This document shows positions 43,005 through 47,411 of a DNA stretch of 47,411 bases, in pieces (the first letter of the stretch is position 1; each line of letters opens with the position of its first letter). A program made the position numbers and the translations under genes. The notes beneath the pieces were generated by a model, which was given only the letters and a program-made list of their open reading frames with translations, made no database searches and had not been told where the DNA came from. Origin of the DNA: Patescibacteria group bacterium (lineage in GTDB: Bacteria > Patescibacteriota > Microgenomatia > Levybacterales > UBA12049); the NCBI GenBank assembly GCA_030917445.1, contig JAUPUR010000016.1, forward strand, positions 1-47,411. Reading direction: 5' to 3'.

Positions 43005-43010
43005 AACTTA

Positions 43011-43046
43011 AATAAAGAAAATCTCTCTTTTTTTGCAGAGAGATTT
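43011..43046 (-). terminator. Terminator-like hairpin in the greA 5' leader (AAATCTCTCT-gcaaaaaa-AGAGAGATTT + TCTTTATTT)
   Basis: Perfect 10-bp stem at 43019-43046 plus a U-rich tail. It lies between the predicted greA promoter and the greA ATG, which is 14 nt downstream. Confidence 0.5.
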
Positions 43047-43067
43047 GTTATCCTTAATTCAAAAACG

Positions 43068-43096
43068 AGTATAAAGAAATAAAAAATGTTTGTCAA
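43068..43096 (-). promoter_or_regulatory. Promoter of greA-murB (TTGACA-17-TATACT)
   Basis: Minus strand reads gtaTTGACAaacattttttatttcttTATACTcg. Confidence 0.55.
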
Positions 43097-43155
43097 TACA
43101 AGGCTAAACGACCTATAAAAAATAGGTTAACCTCATAAAAGCAGTATTGATTTAG

Positions 43156-44019
43156 TTATAATAAATTTGCTTTTTTTATTCTTCGATAATATTCAGATAA
43201 AACAATCATTTTCTTATCATTTGGATGAAAAAATAGTGCATTGTTAGTCACATTTTCAGTTGTTTGATGTCTTTTAATGAAGCTAAGTTGAACTATCCTT
43301 AAGAGATATTCAAACCACTGAAGATATTTCATAGTACTCATATTTTTACGAATAAATTTGCGACTTTTCCCAGTAAGACTATTTGCAAGAAAGTCACCAA
43401 CCCATATATTTTGACGGAGAAATCGCTTGTAAGTACCACCTCTTTCAAATAGTGGTTCAATTTGAGCTATCTCACGAGCAGTATAGATATTTCTTGTCTT
43501 TCTAGAAAACATTAATTCTTCTTCAGAAAGGAACATATTGAGACAGATTTTATCAGGAGCATATTTTTGATTTCTCCTCCTGAGATTTCCTGTTAGACGT
43601 AAAAATAAAATACAAAAAAAACGAGTAAAGTAGATATATTTTTTTTGAGTAATAATAAAGAAATCGATATCACTTTCTCCTGAAGCTGCACCTGCCCCAA
43701 GACTTCCACTCAAACCAATAAAATAGATTGTCGGTATCCATGAAAGATTTTCAGCTATTTTTTGTGCTTTTTCTAGCTTGGCAGCAAAAATATCTTCATT
43801 TTTTTGTCGAAAAATAGCAGTATTCTTCCTTCCTTTCAGAAAAAAATAATCACCATTTCTGTCTATCTCATTGGCAATACTCAAGTATTTTTCAATTGTT
43901 TTTTTAGATGTTTTTTTTGAAGAATGAAAATAATAGTATATTTCATCTAAAGTTAACGGAAATGAGAAAATATCACTATAGTGGAGTGTTTGTAATAATT
44001 TATTTTTACCATCGCCCAT
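43156..44019 (-). CDS. Hypothetical protein with Pol-beta-superfamily nucleotidyltransferase motif
   Basis: GLSGSLGAGAASGESDIDFFII fits the G[SG]-x(9-13)-DxD signature. ATG 44019 overlaps the SBP gene stop by 14 nt (the ORF-track start at 44052 is TTG). Confidence 0.62.
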   Translation of the reverse strand: MGDGKNKLLQTLHYSDIFSFPLTLDEIYYYFHSSKKTSKKTIEKYLSIANEIDRNGDYFFLKGRKNTAIFRQKNEDIFAAKLEKAQKIAENLSWIPTIYFIGLSGSLGAGAASGESDIDFFIITQKKYIYFTRFFCILFLRLTGNLRRRNQKYAPDKICLNMFLSEEELMFSRKTRNIYTAREIAQIEPLFERGGTYKRFLRQNIWVGDFLANSLTGKSRKFIRKNMSTMKYLQWFEYLLRIVQLSFIKRHQTTENVTNNALFFHPNDKKMIVLSEYYRRIKKANLL

Positions 44020-45520
44020 ATTTTGATAGAACCTGTGACACGCCTTGGGCAAGTGTGTCTACTGCAGTTTGGATTGAAGATGCATTTTCTACAGAACGAA
44101 CAGTATTCCCTAAATAAGTATTCATCTGAGTATTGATGCCATCGTCATATGTATCACTGACAAAGTAGCTTGAAACAGCTTTTTCACCTTGGGATACAAA
44201 TGGATAAATTTGAGTATTGTTTTGGAGTGTCTGAGCGAGATCTTTTCTCGCATAAAGTTCACCAAATGCTCGTGTTTTTGCAGATTCAGTATAGAATTTT
44301 TCTGCAGTTGTTCGTTGAGCTAAATATTTCATGAATAACATTGCTTCTTTTTGATGAGGACTTTTACTTGACACACCATCTACCCAATAACTTGCAATAC
44401 TCATCTCTCTTCCCGGAAGACTTGGTACTGGGTGAACTGTATATTTTAATTCTTTATTTAATTCACTCAGAGCAAAAATATCCCATGAATACCCAAAATA
44501 CATTGCTAGATTTCCTTTTGCAAAGGCAACAAGTGATGGATCTAATGTGCCTGTCCAAACACTTCCTTCACCACTCGAAAACGCTCTATAGAATTCAATT
44601 GCTTGAGCAGCATTTGCCTTTGTCTTATCAAAATTTGAAAAGTCTGTGCCATTTTGTGCCATAAGAAGTGCAATTATGTCAGGAGCATGAGTAATATTGT
44701 CATATGTACCTAAAGCTGCACCCGCAGTTTGAATTTCACCAGCTTCATTTTTTACCGTCAATGCTTTTGAAGCCACAATGAAATCATCCCATGTTTTTGG
44801 GACGGCTGTTCCATTGCTTTCAAAAATATCCGTATTAACGAAAAGAGCCAATGTATCAAAACCTAATGGAATTCCATATATCCCTCCATTACGAATTAAA
44901 TCTCTTGAAACGACGGGAAAGTATGTTTGTTTAAAGTCTTCTGGTGAAACAACGTCTGTACTCAATGGACTAAGAAACGAACTCATCATACCAACCCAAC
45001 TATTATGAAATCTATAAATATCTGGTCCTGATCCTTCACTCAATTGAGTAGAAAGACTTTGCCTATACTGTTTTATATCTTTTCGAATATATTCAATTGT
45101 TATTGATGGGTTTTCTCTTTGAAAATCATTAATAAGTCCTTGCATAACAGACTTATCTTCCCACAGACTCCAATATGTCAAAGTAACTTTTTCGGCTTCT
45201 TTTTCGCCAAAAAACGGAACAACAAATCGAACAATGAGGAAAACAACTAAAAGAACTGCTATTAATGCACCGACGATTTTTAGAATTTTAGGAAGAATAG
45301 ATTGTGAAGGAGGCTTGGGAAGAGTGCCATCTGTTCCAGCAGGTACTCCTTGAGGAGGAATTGGTGTTACTGACGCAGGAACAACAACGGGAGGAGTAGC
45401 CGACTGAGGAATTGATGGAGATTGCGTAGGTATCTGAGTGTTCGAACTCTCACCAGCTGTATTTACAGAACCAGGAGGGTCTTGTGTTTTATTCTGATTG
45501 AAAATGACATTTTCATCCAT
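44006..45520 (-). CDS. Membrane-anchored extracellular solute-binding protein (ABC-type, family 1, sugar-like) with Pro/Ser/Thr/Gln-rich N-terminus
   Basis: TM anchor ILKIVGALIAVLLVVFLIV, then TLTYWSLWEDKSVMQGLINDFQRENPSITIEYI, typical of SBP_bac_1. No permease or ATPase genes are adjacent. Confidence 0.82.
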   Translation of the reverse strand: MDENVIFNQNKTQDPPGSVNTAGESSNTQIPTQSPSIPQSATPPVVVPASVTPIPPQGVPAGTDGTLPKPPSQSILPKILKIVGALIAVLLVVFLIVRFVVPFFGEKEAEKVTLTYWSLWEDKSVMQGLINDFQRENPSITIEYIRKDIKQYRQSLSTQLSEGSGPDIYRFHNSWVGMMSSFLSPLSTDVVSPEDFKQTYFPVVSRDLIRNGGIYGIPLGFDTLALFVNTDIFESNGTAVPKTWDDFIVASKALTVKNEAGEIQTAGAALGTYDNITHAPDIIALLMAQNGTDFSNFDKTKANAAQAIEFYRAFSSGEGSVWTGTLDPSLVAFAKGNLAMYFGYSWDIFALSELNKELKYTVHPVPSLPGREMSIASYWVDGVSSKSPHQKEAMLFMKYLAQRTTAEKFYTESAKTRAFGELYARKDLAQTLQNNTQIYPFVSQGEKAVSSYFVSDTYDDGINTQMNTYLGNTVRSVENASSIQTAVDTLAQGVSQVLSKYGRW

Positions 45521-45569
45521 AGGTACCTTTAAGTATAGTATAATACCTTAAGAAAGTGCTCGCAATTCT

Positions 45570-47006
45570 ATGAAACTACGTCTTCCCATCCCTTCACAGT
45601 TAAAAAAACACAAAAAAGTTAATACGCTGCTTTTATCATTTTTTTGGTTTTTTCTCGGTGCAGGAATTGGACTCTTCTTTTTTTCAAGTTTTGTCTATAT
45701 TTACTATAAAAACACTTATACAGATAAGGTTTATCCTGGTGTTTACGTAAACAATGTTGATTTCGGTGGTAAAACAGAGGATCAAGTTAGAACATTTTAT
45801 GATCAAAAAAACAAATCTCTTGCTTCAAAAAAAATAATATTTCGTGCTGATGATACTGTTGCCACTCGATCCGCGACTGAACTTGCACTTGGATATGACA
45901 GCAATCTTCTCTCCTCTCAAGCATACAGTATCGGTAGAAGCAATAACTTTTTCTCAGATGTGACACGAATTTTCGAATCCTATACCAAAGGAATTCATCT
46001 CAGTGAAGCATATACATACTCAGATAAAATGCTCCTTGAAACATTACAACCATTTCAACAAGCTATCGATGTCGAACCAATAAATGCAAGTTTTACATTT
46101 GAGGACGGTAAAGTTACTGAATTCACCTTTAGTAAAAATGGAAAAAAAGTTGCAGTTGATGAAATAACACATATATTAAGAGAAAAAACTATCCCAACAC
46201 TGCTTGCAAACAGCTCCTCATTTACTCTCATTCTTCCCATAAAAACATTTGAACCAGATATTACGACAGAGGAAGTCAATGATATGGGTATTAAAGAAAG
46301 AATTGGTGTTGGTTCTTCCTTCTTTACAGGATCGATTCCTAATAGAATTTATAATCTTACACTCGCATCCGAGAAAATCAATGGTGTACTTATTAAACCT
46401 GGTGAAATCTTCTCATTCAATAAAGTCATTGGAGATATTTCTACAAATACTGGTTATAAACAAGCATATGTCATTCAAAATGGACGAACCGTTCTTGGTG
46501 ACGGTGGTGGTGTATGTCAGGTCTCTACTACACTTTTTAGAGCGATCTTAAATACAGGACTACCTATTGTCGAGCGCAATCAGCATGCCTACAGAGTAAG
46601 CTATTATGAACAAGATCTTGGACCAGGAATAGATGCTGCAATTTACACTCCCACAGTTGATTTTAAATTTAAAAACGATACGGCACATCATATTCTCATT
46701 CAAACGATAGTTAATCCAGAAAATTCTAGTCTTACTTTTGAACTTTATGGAACAAGTGATGGAAGAACTGCAGAAATTAGCAAACCTGTTATTTCATCAC
46801 AAAGTCCTGCACCCGAACCGTTATATCAAGATGATCCTACGCTACCAAAAGGACAGATAAAACAGGTTGACTTTGCCGCATCTGGAGCAGTTGTCTCATT
46901 CAAACGTGCAGTTAAAAAAGATGGGAAAGTCATTATCGACGAAACCTTCACCTCTCGATATAGACCATGGCAAGCTGTCTTCCTCCGTGGCACAAAAGAA
47001 GGATGA
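45570..47006 (+). CDS. VanW-family protein (TM anchor, PG_binding_4-like, VanW domain, G5-like C-terminus)
   Basis: GYKQAYVIQNGRTVLGDGGGVCQVSTTLFRA is the VanW core. C-terminus reads YQDDPTLPKGQIKQVDFAASGAVVSF. Confidence 0.88.
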   Translation: MKLRLPIPSQLKKHKKVNTLLLSFFWFFLGAGIGLFFFSSFVYIYYKNTYTDKVYPGVYVNNVDFGGKTEDQVRTFYDQKNKSLASKKIIFRADDTVATRSATELALGYDSNLLSSQAYSIGRSNNFFSDVTRIFESYTKGIHLSEAYTYSDKMLLETLQPFQQAIDVEPINASFTFEDGKVTEFTFSKNGKKVAVDEITHILREKTIPTLLANSSSFTLILPIKTFEPDITTEEVNDMGIKERIGVGSSFFTGSIPNRIYNLTLASEKINGVLIKPGEIFSFNKVIGDISTNTGYKQAYVIQNGRTVLGDGGGVCQVSTTLFRAILNTGLPIVERNQHAYRVSYYEQDLGPGIDAAIYTPTVDFKFKNDTAHHILIQTIVNPENSSLTFELYGTSDGRTAEISKPVISSQSPAPEPLYQDDPTLPKGQIKQVDFAASGAVVSFKRAVKKDGKVIIDETFTSRYRPWQAVFLRGTKEG

Positions 47007-47411
47007 AAACACAGATCCACATATATTCCCATCAACAAAAATCCTTAAACTCGGTTGATTTTCCATCAAAAACCGTCCTTATTGGTGGATGTTTTGATAT
47101 GTTCCATCATGGACATGAAGCTTTTATCAAAGCAGCAGCGAACACAGGGGAATTCCTTGTTTTGATTTTAGAAAGCGATAAAGATATACAAAAAAGAAAA
47201 GGCCCCACAAGGCCAGTACAAACTCAAGAATTACGAGCACAAAAAATTGCAGCACTGGGCATTGTTGATGTAGTTATCTGTCTACCTCCTTTCATGACTG
47301 ATAAAGATTATGAAAATATTGTTTCTTTGGTAAAACCTGCTATAATCGCTACTACAAAAGGTGACCCTTATAGGACATACAAAGAACTTCATGCACAAAA
47401 ATTTCATGCAG
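47003..47411 (+). CDS. Cytidylyltransferase-like nucleotidyltransferase (HxGH family), 3'-truncated by window end
   Basis: Not in the ORF track because the frame stays open to the edge. ATG 47003 overlaps the VanW stop (ATGA). My translation is MKTQIHIYSHQQKSLNSVDFPSKTVLIGGCFDMFHHGHEAFIKAAANTGEFLVLILESD.., containing the GxFDxxHxGH motif. Confidence 0.75.
   Translation, partial: MKTQIHIYSHQQKSLNSVDFPSKTVLIGGCFDMFHHGHEAFIKAAANTGEFLVLILESDKDIQKRKGPTRPVQTQELRAQKIAALGIVDVVICLPPFMTDKDYENIVSLVKPAIIATTKGDPYRTYKELHAQKFHA

Noticed and set aside
43097-43155. AGGTTAACCT palindrome and CCTATtttttATAGG hairpin after the nucleotidyltransferase gene, considered as a terminator.
   Set aside because: The stems are only 4-5 bp and AT-rich, with no convincing U-tract. 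The stronger hairpin at 43019-43046 is the better terminator candidate.
1-47411. Alternative genetic code (UGA reassignment, as in some CPR lineages).
   Set aside because: Conserved genes (murB, VanW, UbiA-like, the Clp-like gene) terminate at TGA at their expected lengths. No conserved protein is interrupted by in-frame TGA, so standard code 11 fits.

Overview
Compact, AT-rich, gene-dense bacterial chromosome segment. Spacers are mostly under 60 nt and many start/stop codons overlap. I found no rRNA, tRNA, CRISPR array, transposase or integrase. The gene content points to a reduced-genome CPR/Patescibacteria-like (Microgenomates-type) organism, by inference only: class I LysRS, short IF-2, a T4SS-pilin-like miniprotein, PT-linker surface proteins, degenerate AAA+ machines and disordered tails on housekeeping proteins.

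Layout:
- 1-28.1 kb, minus strand: DUF948-like, RodZ-like, ftsK, rnj, protease-less Lon AAA+ module, pnp, rpsO, degenerate DHH protein, infB, nusA, vWA surface protein, membrane-anchored degenerate Hsp100, small TM protein, M-domain-less Hsp100, 1420-aa repetitive polytopic membrane protein, T4SS-pilin-like protein, then dnaJ(class B)-orf147-dnaK-grpE-hrcA behind a CIRCE operator.
- 28.2-36.15 kb, plus strand: membrane ORF, metG, tatD, and an envelope-glycan cluster (processive GT2, GT-C, small TM, WecA-like, DPPR-synthase-like UbiA).
- 36.15-45.5 kb, minus strand: PEGA/SH3 protein, class I LysRS fused to a B3/B4 domain, HDAC-family deacetylase, an almost lysine-free GNAT-like ORF, murB, greA, nucleotidyltransferase-fold ORF, anchored solute-binding protein.
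- 45.6 kb to end, plus strand: VanW-family protein and a partial cytidylyltransferase-like gene.

Most interesting candidates:
1. The operon 41553-37066. It has a consensus promoter, a leader with a 10-bp palindrome, a 15-codon mini-ORF with two Lys codons and two interlocking terminator hairpins. It then encodes a 344-aa protein with a single lysine, an HDAC-family amidohydrolase and LysRS-B3/B4.
2. The pilin-like gene plus the giant repetitive membrane protein (19095-23665).
3. A block of remodelled AAA+ unfoldases (Lon without protease; two Hsp100 paralogs without M-domain or ClpP loop, one membrane-anchored with dead pore loops).
4. An unknown ORF translationally coupled inside the dnaK operon.

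All family calls come from motif reading by eye. No database searches were run.
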